A stretch of DNA of 64,000 nt from Eledone cirrhosa (taxonomy: Eukaryota). The notes under the pieces are model-generated. The model had not been told where the DNA came from and did not search any database. It saw nothing but the letters and a program-made list of their open reading frames with translations. Positions 25,501 through 38,985 of this stretch are shown piece after piece; position 1 is the stretch's first letter; each line of letters starts with the position of its first letter. The stretch spans positions 396,118,001 through 396,182,000 of the forward strand of contig OZ024740.1 of the NCBI GenBank assembly GCA_964016885.1, written 5' to 3'. The translations under genes were made by a program, and so were the position numbers.

Positions 25501-28500
25501 TGGTAGTGTTTACTGTGGTAATGGTTGTGGTAGTATTTAGTGTGGTAATGGTTGGGGTAGTGTTTACTGTGGTAATGGTTGTGGTAGTGTGTACTGTGGT
25601 AATCGTTGTGCTAGTGTGTACTGTGGTAATGGTTGGGGTAGTGTTTACTGTGGTAATGGTTGGGGTAGTGTTTACCTCGGTAATGGTTGTGGTACTGTTT
25701 ACTGTGGTATTGGTTGTGGTAGTGTTTACTGTGGTGATGGTTGTGGTAGTGTTTACTGTGGTGATGGTTGTGGTAGTGTTTACTGTGGTGATGGTTGTGG
25801 TAGTGTTTACTGTCGTGATGGTTGGGGTAGTGTTTACTGTAGTGATGGTTGTGGTAGTGTTTACTGTAGTGATGGTTGTGGTAGTGTTTACTGTGGTGAT
25901 GGTTGTGGTAGTGTTTACTGTGGTGATGGTTGTGGTAGTGTTTATTGTGGTAATGGTTGTGGTAGTGTTTACTGTGGTGATGGTTAGGGTTGTGTTTACT
26001 GTGGTGATGGTTGGGGTAGTGTTTACTGTGGTAGTGTTTACTGTGGTGGTTGTGGTAGTATTTAGTGTGGTGATGGTTGTGGTAGTGTTTACTGTGGTGA
26101 TGGTTGTGGTACTGTTTACTGTGGTGATGGTTGTGGTAATGGTTGGGGTAGTGTTTACCGTGGTGATGGTTGTGGTAGTGTTTACTCTGGTAATGGTTGT
26201 GGTAGTGTTTACTGTGGTCATGGTTGGGGTAGTGTTTACTGTGGTAATGGGTGTGCTAGTATTTAGTGTGGTAATGATTGGGGTACTGTTTATTGTGGTG
26301 ATGGTTGTTGTAGTGTTTACTATGGTAATGGTTGTGGTCGTGTTTACTGTGGTAATGCTTGGGGTAGTGTTTACTGTGGTAATGGTAGTGGTAGTGTTCA
26401 CTGTGGTAATAGTTGTGGTAGTGTTTACTGTGGTAATGGTAGTGGTAGTGTTTACTGTGGTAATGGTAGTGGTAGTGTTTACTGTGGTAATGGTTGTGGT
26501 AGTGTTTACTGTGGTCATGGTTGTGGTAGTGTTTACTGTGGTCATGGTTGTGGTAGTGTTTACTGTGGTCATGGTTGTTGTAGTGTTTACTGTGGTCATG
26601 GTTGTTGTAGTGTTTACTGTGGTAATGGTTGGGGTAGTGTTTACTGTGGTAATGGTTGTGGTACTGTTTACTATGGTAATGGTTGTGGTAGTGTTTACTG
26701 TGGTGATGGTTGCGGAAGTGTTTACTGTGGTGATGGTTGGGGTAGTGTTTACTATGATAATGGTTGTGGTAGTGTTTACTGTGGTAATGGTTGGGATAGT
26801 GTTTACTGTGGTAATGGTTGGGGTAGTGTTTACTGTGGTAATGGTTGGGGTGGTGTTTACTGTGGTAGTGTTTAGTGTGGTAATGGTTGGGGTAGTGTTT
26901 ACTGTGGTAATGGTTGTGGTACTGTTTACTATGGTAATGGTTGTGGTAGTGTTTACTGTGGTAATGGTTGTGGTAGTGTTTACCTGGGTAATGGTTGTGG
27001 TAGTGTTTACTGTGGTAATGGTTCTGGTACTGTTTACTGTTATAATGGTTGTGGTAGTGTTTACTGTGGTGATGGATGGGGTAGTGTTTACCTTGGTGAT
27101 GGTTGTGGTAGTGTTTACTATGGTAATGGTTGTGGTAGTGTTTACTGTGGTAATGGTTGTGGTAGTGTTTACCTGGGTAATGGTTGTGGTAGTGTTTACT
27201 GTGGTAATGGTTCTGGTAGTGTTTACTGTTATAATGGTTGTGGTAGTGTTTACTGTGGTGATGGATGGGGTAGTGTTTACCTTGGTGATGGTTGTGGTAG
27301 TGTTTACTGTGGTGATGGTTGTGGTAGTGTTTACTGTGGTGATGGTTGTGGTAGTGTTTACTGTGGTAATGGTTCTGGTAGTGTTTACTGTGGTGATGGT
27401 TGTGGTACTGTTTATTGTGGTGATGGTTGTTGTAGTGTTTACTATGGTAATGGTTGTGGTAGTGTTTACTGCAGTAATGGTTGGGGTAGTGTTTACTATG
27501 GTTGTGGTAGTGTTTACTGTGGTAATAGTTGTGGTAGTGTTTACTGTGGTAATGGTTGTGGTAGTGTTTACTGTGGTGATGTTTGGGGTAGTGTTTACTG
27601 TGGTAATGGCTGTGGTAATGTTTACTGTGGTAATGGTTGGGGTAGTGTTTACTGTGGTAATGGCTGTGGTAGTGTTTACTGTGGTAATGGTTGGGGTAGT
27701 GTTTACTGTGGTAATGGTTGTGGTAGTGTTTACTGTAGTGATGGTTGGCGTAGTGTTTACCGTGGTGATGGTTGTGGGAGCGTTTACTGTGGTCATGGTT
27801 CTGGTAGTGTTTACTGTGATGATGGTTGTGGTAGTGTTTACTGTGGTAATGGTTGTGGTACTGTTTACTGTGGTCATGGTTGGGGTAGTGTTTACTGTGG
27901 TAATGGGTGTGGTAATATTTACTGTGGTGATGGTTGTGGTAGTGTTTACTGTCGTGATGGTTGTGGTAGTGTTTACTGTGGTAATGGTTGTGGTAGTGTT
28001 TACTGTGGTAATGGTTGTGGTAGTGTTTACTGTGGTGATGGTTGGGGTTGTGTTTACTGTGGTGATGGTTGGGGTAGTGTTTAATGAGGTGATGGTTGTG
28101 ATAGTGTTTTTTGTGGTGATGGTTGGGGTAGTGTTTACTGTGGTGATGGGTGGGGTAGTGTTTAATGAGGTGATAGTTGTGGTAGTGTTTAATGTGGTGA
28201 TGGTTGTGGTAGTGTTTAATGTGGTGATGGTTGTGGTAGTGTTTAATGAGGTGATGGTTGGGGTAGTGTTTACTGTGGTGATGGTAGGGGTAGTGTTTAA
28301 TGAGGTGATAGTTGTGGTAGTGTTTAATGTGGTGATGGTTGTGGTAGTGTTTAATGAGGTGATAGTTGTGGTAGTGTTTACTGTGGTGATGGTTGGGGTA
28401 GTGTTTACTGTGGTAATGGTTGTGGTAGTGTTTACTGCGGTAATGGTTGTGGTAGCGTTTACTGTGGTTATGGTTGTGGTAGTGTTTACTGTGGTGATGG

Positions 28501-31500
28501 TTGTGGTAGTGTTTACTGTGGTAATGGTTGGGGTAGTGTTTACTGTGGTATTGGTTGTGGTAGTGTTTACTGTGGTAATGGTTGGGGTAGTGTTTACTGT
28601 GGTATTGGTTGGGGTAGTGTTTACTGTGGTATTGGTTGGGGTAGTGTTTACTGTGGTAATGGTTGTGATAGTGTTTACTGTGGTAATGGTTGGGGTAGTG
28701 TTTACTGTGGTAATGGTTGGGGTAGTGTTTATTGTGGTAGTGTTGATGGTTGTGGTAGTGTTTACTGTGTTGATGGTTGTGGTAGTGTTTACTGTGGTAA
28801 TGGTTGTGGTAGTGTTTACTGTGGTAATGGTTCTGATTGTGTTTACTATGGTAATGGTTGTGGTAGTGTTTACTGTGGTGATGGTTGGGGTAGTGTTTAC
28901 TGTCGTGATGGTTGTGGTAGTGTTTACTGTGGTAATGGTTGTGGTAGTGTTTAGTGTGGTGATGGTTGTGGTAGTGTTTACTGTGGTAATGGTTGTGGTA
29001 GTGTTTACTGTGGTAATGGTTGGGGTAGTGTTTACTGTCGTGATGGTTGTGGTAGTGTTTACTGTGGTAATGGTTGTGGTAGTGTTTACTGTGGTAATGG
29101 TTGTGGTAGTGTTTACTGTGGTGATGGTTGTGGTAGTGTTTACTGTGGTGATGGTTGTGGTAGTGTTTACTGTGGTAATGGCTGTGGTAGTGTTTACTGT
29201 GGTGATGGTTGTGGTAGTGTTTACTGTGGTGATGGTTAGGGTTGTGTTTACTGTGGTGATGGTTGGGGTAGTGTTTACTGTGGTGGTTGTGGTAGTATTT
29301 AGTGTGGTGATGGTTGTGGTAGTGTTTACTGTGGTGATGGTTGTGGTAGTGTTTACTGTGGTGATGGTTGTGGTAGTGTTTATTGTGGTAATGGTTGTGG
29401 TACTGTTTACTGTGGTGATGGTTGTGGTAATGGTTGTGCGAGTGTTTACTGTGGTAATGGTTGTGGTAGTGTTTACTGTGGTCATGGTTGTGGTAGTGTT
29501 TACTGTGGTCATGGTTGGGGTAGTGTTTACTGTGGTCATGGTTGTTGTAGTGTTTACTGTGGTAATGGTTGGGGTAGTGTTTACTGTGGTAATGGTTGTG
29601 GTAGTGTTTTCCTTGGTAATGGTTGTGTTTACTGTGGTGATGGTTGTGGTAGTGTTTACTGTGGTAATGCTTGGGGTAGTGTTTACTGTGGTTCTGATAG
29701 TGGTAGTGTTCACTGTGGTAATAGTTGTGGTAGTATTTACTGTGGTAATGGTAGTGGTGTTTACTGTGGTAATGGTTGTGGTAGTGTTTACTGTGGTCAT
29801 GGTTGTGGTAGTGTTTACTGTGGTCATGGTTGTGGTAGTGTTTACTGTGGTCATGGTTGTTGTAGTGTTTACTGTGGTAATGGTTGGGGTAGTGTTTACT
29901 GTGGTAATGGTTGTGGTAGTGTTTACTGTGGTAATGGTTGGGGTAGTGTTTACTGTGGTAATGGTTGTGGTAGTGTTTACTGTGGTGATGGTTGCGGAAG
30001 TGTTTACTGTGGTGATGGTTGGGGTAGTGTTTACTATGATAATGGTTGTGGTAGTGTTTACTGTGGTAATGGTTGGGATAGTGTTTACTGTGGTAATGGT
30101 TGGGGTAGTGTTTACTGTGGTAATGGTTGGGGTAGTGTTTACTGTGGTAGTGTTTAGTGTGGTAATGGTTGGGGTAGTGTTTACTGTGGTAATGGTTGTG
30201 GTACTGTTTACTATGGTAATGGTTGTGGTAGTGTTTACTGTGGTAATGGTTGTGGTAGTGTTTACCTGGGTAATGGATGTGGTAGTGTTTACTGTGGTAA
30301 TGGTTCTGGTACTGTTTACTGTGGTAATGGTTATGGTAGTGTTTACTGTTATAATGGTTGTGGTAGTGTTTACTGTGGTGATGGTTGGGGTAGTGTTTAC
30401 CTTGGTGATGGTTGTGGTAGTGTTTACTGTGGTGATGGTTGTGGTAGTGTTTACTGTGGTGATGGTTGTGGTAGTGTTTACTGTGGTAATGGTTCTGGTA
30501 GTGTTTACTGTGGTGATTGTTGTGGTACTGTTTATTGTGGTGATGGTTGTTGTAGTGTTTACTATGGTAATGGTTGTGGTAGTGTTTACTGCAGTAATGG
30601 TTGGGGTAGTGTTTACTATGGTTGTGGTAGTGTTTACTGTGGTAATAGTTGTGGTAGTGTTTACTGTGGTAATGGTTGTGGTAGTGTTTACTGTGGTAAT
30701 GGCTGTGGTAGTGTTTACTGTGGTAATGGTTGGGGTAGTGTTTACTGTGGTAATGGCTGTGGTAGTGTTTACTGTGGTAATGGTTGGGGTAGTGTTTACT
30801 GTGGTAATGGTTGTGGTAGTGTTTACTGTAGTGATGGTTGGGGTAGTGTTTACCGTGGTGATGGTTGTGGGAGCGTTTACTGTGGTCATGGTTGTGGTAG
30901 TGTTTACTGTGATGATGGTTGGGGTAGTGTTTACTGTGGTAATGGTTGTGGTACTGTTTACTGTGGTCATGGTTGGGGTAGTGTTTACTGTGGTAATGGG
31001 TGTGGTAATATTTACTGTGGTGATGGCTGTGGTAGTGTTTACTGTCGTGATGGTTGTGGTACTGTTTACTGTGGTAATGGTTGTGGTAGTGTTTACTGTG
31101 GTAATGGTTGTGGTAGTGTTTACTGTGGTGATGATTGTGGTAGTGTTTACTGTGGTGATGGTTGTGGTAGTGTTTACTGTGGTGATGGTTGTGGTAGTGT
31201 TTATTGTGGTAATGGTTGTGGTAGTGTTTATTGTGGTAATGATTGTGGTAGTGTTTACTGTGGTAATGATTGTGGTAGTGTTTACTGTGGTAATGATTGT
31301 GGTAGTGTTTACTGTGGTGATGGTTGGGGTAGTGTTTACTGTGGTTGTGGTAGTGTTTACTGTGGTGCTGGTTGTTGTAGTGTTTACTATGGTAATGGTT
31401 GTTGTAGTGTTTACTATGGTCATAGCTGGGGTAGTGTTTACTGTGGTAATGGTTGGGGTAGTGTTTACTGTGGTTATGATTGTGGTAGTGTTTACCTGGG

Positions 31501-34500
31501 TAATGGTTGGGGTAGTGTTTACTGTGGTTATGATTGTGGTAGTGTTTACCTGGGTAATGGTTGTGGTAGTGTTTACTGTGGTAATGGTTCTGGTACTGTT
31601 TACTGTGGTAATGGTTGTGATAGTGTTTACTGTGGTGATGCTTGTGGTAGTGTTTACCTTGGTGATGGTTGTGGTAGTGTTTACTGTGGTGATGGTTGTG
31701 GTAGTGTTTACTGTGGTTATGGTTGTGGTAGTGTTTACTTTGGTAATGGTTGTGGTAGTGTTTAATGTGGTAATGGTTGTGGTAGTGTTTACTGCGGTAT
31801 TGGTTGGGGTAGTGTTTACTGTGGTGATGGTTGGGGTTGTGTTTACTGTGGTAATGGTTGTGGTAGTGTTTACTGTGGTGGTTGTGGTAATATTTAGTGT
31901 GGTCATGGTTGTGGTAGTGTTTTCTGTGGTGATGGTTGTTGTAGTATTTACTGTGGTGATGGTTGTGGTAGTGTTTATTGTGGTGATAGTTGTGGTAGTG
32001 TTTACTGTGGTGATGGTTGTGGTACTGTTTACTGTCGTAATGGCTGGGGTAGTGTTTACCGTGGTAATGGTTGTGGGAGTGTTTACTGTGGTAATGGTTG
32101 TGGTAGTGTTTACTGTGGTCATGGTTGGGTAGTGTTTACTGTGGTTGTGGTCGTGTTTACTGTCTTGATGGTTGTGGTACTGTTTACTTTTGTAATGGTT
32201 GTGGTAGTCTTTACTGTGGTAATGGTTGGGGTAGTGTTTACTGTGGTAATGGTTGTGGTAGTGTTTACTGTAGTGATGATTGTGGTAGTGTTTACTGTGG
32301 TGATGGTTATGGTACTGTTTACTGTGGTCATGGTTGTGGTAGTGTTTACTTTGGTCATGGTTGTTGTAGTGTTTACTGTGGTAATGGTTGTGGTAGTGTA
32401 TACCTTGGTAATGGTTGGGGTAGTGGTTACCTTGGTAATGGTTGGGGTAGTGTTTACTGTGGTGATGGATGTGGTAGTATTTACTATGGTAATGGTTTTG
32501 GTAGTGTTTACTGTGGTGATGGTTGTGGTAGTGTCTACTATGGTAATGGTTGTGGTAGCGTTTACTATGGTAATGGTTGGGGTAGTGTTTACCTTGGTAT
32601 TGATTGTGGTAGTGTTTACCTTGGTAATGATTGTGGTAGTGTTTACTGTAGTAATGGTTGTTGTAGTTTTTACCTTGGTAATGGTTGTGGTTGTTTTTAC
32701 CTTGGTAATGATTGTGGTAGTGTTTACTGTGGTAATGATTGGGGTAGTGTTTACTGTGGTAATGGTTGTGGTAGTTTTTACTGTGGTAATGGTTCTGGTA
32801 GTGTTTACTGTGGTCACGGTTGTGGTACTGTTTATTTTGGTGATGGTTGTTGTAGTGTTTACTATGGTAATGGTTGTTGTAGTGTTTACTATGGTAATGG
32901 TTGTGGTAGTGTTTACTGTGGTAATGGTTGGGGTAGTGTTTACTGTGGTAATGGTTGGGGTAGTGTTTACTGTGGTAATGTTTACTGTGGTAATGGTTGG
33001 GGTAGTGTTTACTGTGGTAATGGTTGTGGTAGTGTTTACTGTGGTCATGGTTGGGGTTGTGTTTACTATTGTCATGGTTGGGGTAGTGTTTACTGTGGTA
33101 ATGGTTGGGGTAGTGTTTACTGTGGTAATGTTTACTGTGGTAATGGTTGGGGTAGTGTTTACTGTGGTAATGGTTGTGGTAGTGTTTACTGTGGTCATGG
33201 TTGTGGTAGTATTTAGTGTGGAAATGGTTGGGGCAGTGTTTACTGTGGTAATGGTTGTGGTAGTGTTTACTGTGGTGATGGTTGTGGTAGTGTTTACTGT
33301 GGTAATGGTTGTGGTAGTGTTTACTGTGGTAATGATTGTGGTAGTGTCTACTGTGGTAATGGTTGTGCTAGTGTTTACTGTGGTGATGGTTGGGGTAGTG
33401 TTTACTGTGGTTGGGGTAGTGTTTATTGTGGTGATGGTTGTGGTAGTGTTTACTGTGGTAATGGTTGTGGTAGTGTTTAGTGTGGTAATGGTTGGGGTAG
33501 TGTTTACTGTGGTAATGGTTGTGGTAGTGTGTACTGTGGTAATGGTTGGGGTAGTGTTTACTGTGGTAATGGTTGGGGTAGTGTTTATTGTGGTAATGGT
33601 TGTGGTAGTGTTTACTGTGGTGATGGTTGGGTTAGTGTTTACTGATGGTTGGGGTAGTGTTTACTGTGGTAATGGTTGTGATAGTGTTTACTGTGGTAAT
33701 GGTTGTGGTAGTGTTTACCTTGGTGATTGTTGTGGTAGTGTTTACTGTGGTGATGGTTGTTGTAGTCTTTACTATGGTAATGGTTGTGGTAGTGTTTACT
33801 GTGGTAATGGTTGTGGTAGTGTTTACTGTGGTTATGGTTGTGGTAGTGTTTACTGTGGTAATGGTTGTGGTAGTGTTTACTGTGGTTATGGTTGTGGTAG
33901 TGTTTACTGTGGTTATGGTTGTGGTAGTGTTTACTGTGGTAATGGTTCTGGTAGTGTTTACCTTGGTGATGGTTGTGGTAGTGTTTACTGTGGTTATGGT
34001 TGTGGTAGTGTTTACTGTGGTTATGGTTGTGGTAGTGTTTACTGTGGTTATGGTTGTGGTAGTGTTTACTGTGGTTATGGTTGTGGTAGTGTTTACTGTG
34101 GTGATGGTTGTGGTAGTGTTTACCTTGGTGATGGTTGTGGTAGTGTTTACTGTGGTGGTTGTGGTAGTATTTATTGTGGTGATGGTTGTGGTAGTGTTTA
34201 CTGTGGTGATGGTTGTGGTAGTGTTTACTGTGGTAATGGTTGGGGTAGTGTTTACTGTGGTAATTGTTGTGGTAGTGTTTACTGTAGTGATGGTTGTGGT
34301 AGTGTTTACTGTGGTGATGGTTATGGTAGTGTTTACTGCGGTAATGGTTGGGGTAGTGTTTACTGTGGTGATGGTTGTGGTAGTGTTTATTGGGGTGATA
34401 GTTGTGGTAGTGTTTACTGTGGTGATGGTTGTGGTACTGTTTACTGTCGTAATGGTTGGGGTAGTATTTACCGTGGTAATGGTTGTGGGAGTGTTTACCG

Positions 34501-37500
34501 TGGTAATGGTTGTGGGAGTGTTTACTGTGGTAATGGTTGTGGTAGTGTTTACTGTGGTCATGGTTGGGGTAGTGTTTACTGTGGTTGTGGGAGTGTTTAC
34601 TGTCGTGATGGTTGTGGTACTGTTTACTTTTGTAATGGTTGTGGTAGTGTTTACTGTGGTAATGGTTGGGGTAGTGTTTACTGTGGTAATGGTTGTGGTA
34701 GTGTTTACTGTGGTCATGGTTGTGGTAGTATTTAGTGTGGTAATGGTTGTGGTACTGTTTACTATGGTAATGGTTGTGGTAGTGTTTACTGTGGTGATGG
34801 TTGGGGTAGTGTTTACTATGATAATGGTTGTGGTACTGTTTACTGTGGTAATTGTTGGGGTAGTGTTTACTGTGGTAATGGCTGGGGTAGTGTTTACTGT
34901 GGTAATGGTTGGGGTAGTGTTTACTGTGGTAATTGTTGTGGTCGTGTTTAGTGTGGTATTGGTTGGGGTAGTGTTTAGTGTGGTAATGGTTGGGGTAGTG
35001 TTTACTGTGATGATGGTTGTGTTAGTGTTTACTGTGGTGATGGTTGTGGTAGTGTTTACTGTGGTGATGGTTGTGGTAGTGTTTACTGTGGTGATTGTTG
35101 GGGTAGTGTTTATTTTGGTAATTTTACTGTGGTAATGGTTGGGGTAGTGTTTACTGTGGTGATGGTTGGGGTTGTGTTTACTGTGGTGATGGTTGGGGTA
35201 GTGTTTACTGTGGTGATGGTTGTGGTAGTGTTTACTGTGGTGATGGTTGTGGTACTGTTTACTGTGGTGATGGTTGTGGTACTGTTTACTGTGGTGATGG
35301 TTGTGGGAGTGTTTACTGTGGTGATGGTTGTGGGAGTGTTTACTGTGGTCATGGTTGTGGTACTGTTTACTGTGGTAATGGTTGTGGTAGTGTTTGCTGT
35401 GGTAATGGTTGTGGTAGTGTTTACTGTGGTAATGGTTGTGGTAGTGTTTACTGTGGTGATGGTTGTGGTAGTGTTTACTGTGGTGATGGTTGTGGTAGTG
35501 TTTACTGTGGTGATGGTTGTGGTACTGTTTACTGTGGTGATGGTTGTGGTACGGTTTACTGTGGTAATAGTTGTGGTAGTGTTTACTGTGGTAATGGTTG
35601 GGGTAGTGTTTACTGTGGTAATGGTTGGGGTAGTGTTTACCGTGGTGATGGTTGTGGTACTGTTTACTGTGGTAATGGTTGGGGTAGTATTTACCGTGGT
35701 AATGGCTGTGGTAGTGTTTACTGTGGTGATGGTTGGGTTAGTGTTTACTGTGGTAATGGTTGCGGTAGTGTTTACTGTGGTGATGGTTGTGGTAGTGTTT
35801 ACTATGGTAATGGTTGGGGTAGTGTTTACTGTGGTAATGGTTGGGGTAGTGTTTACCTTGGTAATGGTTGTGGTAGTGTTTACCTTGGTAATGGTTGTGG
35901 TAGTGTTTACCTTGGTAATGGTTGTGGTAGTGTTTTCCTTGGTAATGGTTGTGTTTACTGTGGTGATGGTTGTGGTAGTGTTTACTATGGTAATGGTTGT
36001 GGTAGTGTTTACTGTGGTAATGGTTGTGATAGTGTTTACTGTGGTAATGGTTGGGGTAGTGTTTACTGTGGTGATGGTTGGGGTTGTGTTTACTGTGGTG
36101 ATGGTTGGGGTTGTGTTTACTGTGGTGATGGTTGGGGTAGTGTTTACTGTGGTGATGGTTGTGGTAGTGTTTACTGTGGTGATGGTTGTGGTAGTGTTTA
36201 CTGTGGTCATGGTTGTGGTAGTGTTTACTGTGGTCATGGTTGTGGTAGTGTTTACTGTGGTCATGGTTGTGGTAGTGTTTGCTGTGGTGATGGTTGTGGT
36301 AGTGTTTACTGTGGTGATGGTTGTGGTAGTGTTTACTGTGGTGATGGTTGTGGTACTGCTTACTGTGGTGATGGTTGTGGGAGTGTTTACTGTGGTGATG
36401 GTTGTGGTACTGTTTACTGTGGTGATGGTTGTGGGAGTGTTTACTGTGGTAATGGTTGTGGTAGTGTTTACTGTGGTCATGGTTGGGGTAGTGTTTACTG
36501 TGGTCATGGTTGGGGTAGTGTTTACTGTGGTAATGGGTGTGGTAGTATTTACTGTGGTGATGGTTGTGGTAGTGTTTACTGTGGTGATGGTTGTGGTAGT
36601 GTTTACTGTGGTGATGGTTGTGGTAGTGTTTACTGTGGTAATGGTTGTGGTACTGTTTACTGTGGTAATGGTTGTGGTAGTGTTTACTGTGGTGATGGTT
36701 GTGGTACTGTTTACTGTGGTGATGCTTGTGGTACGGTTTACTGTGGTAATAGTTGTGGTAGTGCTTACTGTGGTAATGGTTGGGGTAGTGTTTACTGTGG
36801 TAATGGTTGGGGTAGTGTTTACCGTGGTGATGGTTGTGGTACTGTTTACTGTGGTAATGGTTGGGGTAGTATTTACCGTGGTAATGGCTGTGGTAGTGTT
36901 TACTGTGGTGATGGTTGGGTTAGTGTTTACTGTGGTAATGGTTGCGGTAGTGTTTACTGTGGTAATGGTTGTGGTAGTGTTTACTATGGTAATGGTTGGG
37001 GTAGTGTTTACTGTGGTGATGGTTGTGGTAGTGTTTACTATGGTAATGGTTGGGGTAGTGTTTACTGTGGTAATGGTTGTGGTAGTGTTTACCTTGGTAA
37101 TGGTTGTGGTAGTGTTTACCTTGGTAATGGTTGTGGTAGTGTTTACCTTGGTAATGGTTGTGTTTACTGTGGTGATGGTTGTGGTAGTGTTTACTATGGT
37201 AATGGTTGTGGTAGTGTTTACTATGGTAATGGTTGTGGTAGTGTTTACTGTGGTAATGGTTGTGGTAGTGTTTACTGTGGTCATGGTTGTGGTAGTGTTT
37301 ACTGTGGTAATGGTTGTGGTAGTGTTTACTGTGGTCATGGTTGTGGTAGTGTTTACTGTGGTAATGGTTGGGGTAGTGTTTACTGTGGTAATGGTTGGGG
37401 TAGTGTTTACTGTGGTAATGGTTGTGGTACTATTTACTGTGGTAATGGTTGGGGTAGTGTTTACTGTGGTAATGGTTGGGGTAGTGTTTACTGTGGTGGT

Positions 37501-38620
37501 GGTTGTGGTAGTGTTTACTGTGGTAATGGTTGTGGTAGTGTTTACTGTGGTAATGGTTGTGGTACTATTTACTGTGGTAATGGTTGGGGTAGTGTTTACT
37601 ATGGTAATGGTTGTGGTAGTGTTTACTGTGGTAATGGTTGTGGTACTATTTACTGTGGTAATGGTTGGGGTAGTGTTTACTATGGTAATGGTTGTGGTAG
37701 TGTTTACTGTGGTAATGGTTGTGGTACTATTTACTGTGGTAATGGTTGGGATTGTGTTTACTATGGTAATGGTTGTGGTAGTGTTTACTGTGGTAATGGT
37801 TGCGGTAGTGTTTACTGTGGTAATGGTTGGGGTAGTGTTTACTGTGGTAATGGTTGTGGTACTATTTACTGTGGTGATGGTTGGGGTAGTGTTTACTATG
37901 GTATTGGTTGGGATTGTGTTTACTATGGTAATGGTTGTGGTAGTGTTTACTGTGGTAATGGTTGGGGTAGTGTTTACTGTGGTAATGGTTGTGGTACTAT
38001 TTACTGTGGTGATGGTTGGGGTAGTGTTTACTATGGTATTGGTTGGGATTGTGTTTACTATGGTAATGGTTGTGTTAGTGTTTACTGTGGTAATGGTTGC
38101 GGTAGTGTTTACTGTGGTGATGGTTGGGGCAATGTTTACTGTGGTAATGGTTGTGGTACTGTTTACTATGGTAATGATTGTGGTAGTGTTTACTGTGGTA
38201 ATGTTTGTGGTAGTGTTTACTGTGGTAATGGTTGTGGTAGTGTTTACTGTGGTAATGGTTGTGGTACTGTTTACTATGGTAATGGTTGTGGTACTGTTTA
38301 CTATGGTAATGGTTGTGGTAGTGTTTACTGTGGTAATGGATGGGGTAGTGTTTAGTATGGTTGTGGTTATGTTTACTGTGGTAATGGTTGTGGTAGTGTT
38401 TACTGTGGTCATGGTTGTGGTACTGTTTACTAATGTAATGGTTGTGGTGATGGTTGGGGTAGTGTTTACCTTGGTGATGGTTGTGGTAATGTTTACTGTG
38501 GTGATGGTTGGGGTAGTGTTTACCTTGGTAATGGTTGTGGTAATGTTTACCATAGTGCTGGTTGTGTTTGCCATGGTGATGGTTATAGCACTATTTATCA
38601 TAGTGATGGTTATAGCAGTG
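22551..38620. repeat. ~16-kb intronic minisatellite, 27-bp unit GGTTGTGGTAGTGTTTACTGTGGTAAT, roughly 600 units
   Basis: Seen directly. The 9-codon periodicity appears in the ORF track (TTVNTTTTI / VVVVFTVVM / GCGSVYCGN). Edges are more degenerate than the core. Confidence 0.98.
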
Positions 38621-38840
38621 TTGGGTGTTGTGCTTCATATAGTTTTAAGCATGGTACTAGATGGGATGTTATTCTTGTTTAACCCTAGGCAACCCTTATT
38701 GAGAAGACCAATGGTCATTCTTCTTTATTCTATTTTTTTCCAGATATTTAGGACTGCACTATTTTCTTTATTTTTTAAGAAGTTGGCTATAATATGAAGA
38801 TTTGACTGTTGTTTCTAACGGGTTGAACTATCACATAGAG

Positions 38841-38985
38841 TAGGCATTGGCAACCTCTTTAAGCAATGAACCACATGAGATGCAGCTCATCATTAGGTGG
38901 GCTGCACTACTAAAAACATTTAAGGAAATTTTTCATTAGGTGTGCCATTCAGAAAGCCAAACAGGCCACAGTTTGCCGATGACGG
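38841..38985. mobile_element. hAT-type MITE
   Basis: Termini taggcattggcaac ... gtttgccgatgacgg, with an 8-bp TSD acatagag (38833-38840) / acacagag (38986-38993). Confidence 0.7.

Noticed and set aside
32125-34735. Gly/Cys/Tyr-rich frame (GCGSVYCGN)n as a keratin-associated-like structural protein
   Set aside because: This frame collects TAG/TAA stops throughout the array, as expected for neutral sequence.
22459-38797. Val-rich + strand ORFs (253-2970 aa) as giant membrane proteins
   Set aside because: They are a translation shadow of the 27-bp repeat. The codons cannot easily mutate to stops, and there is no plausible protein architecture.
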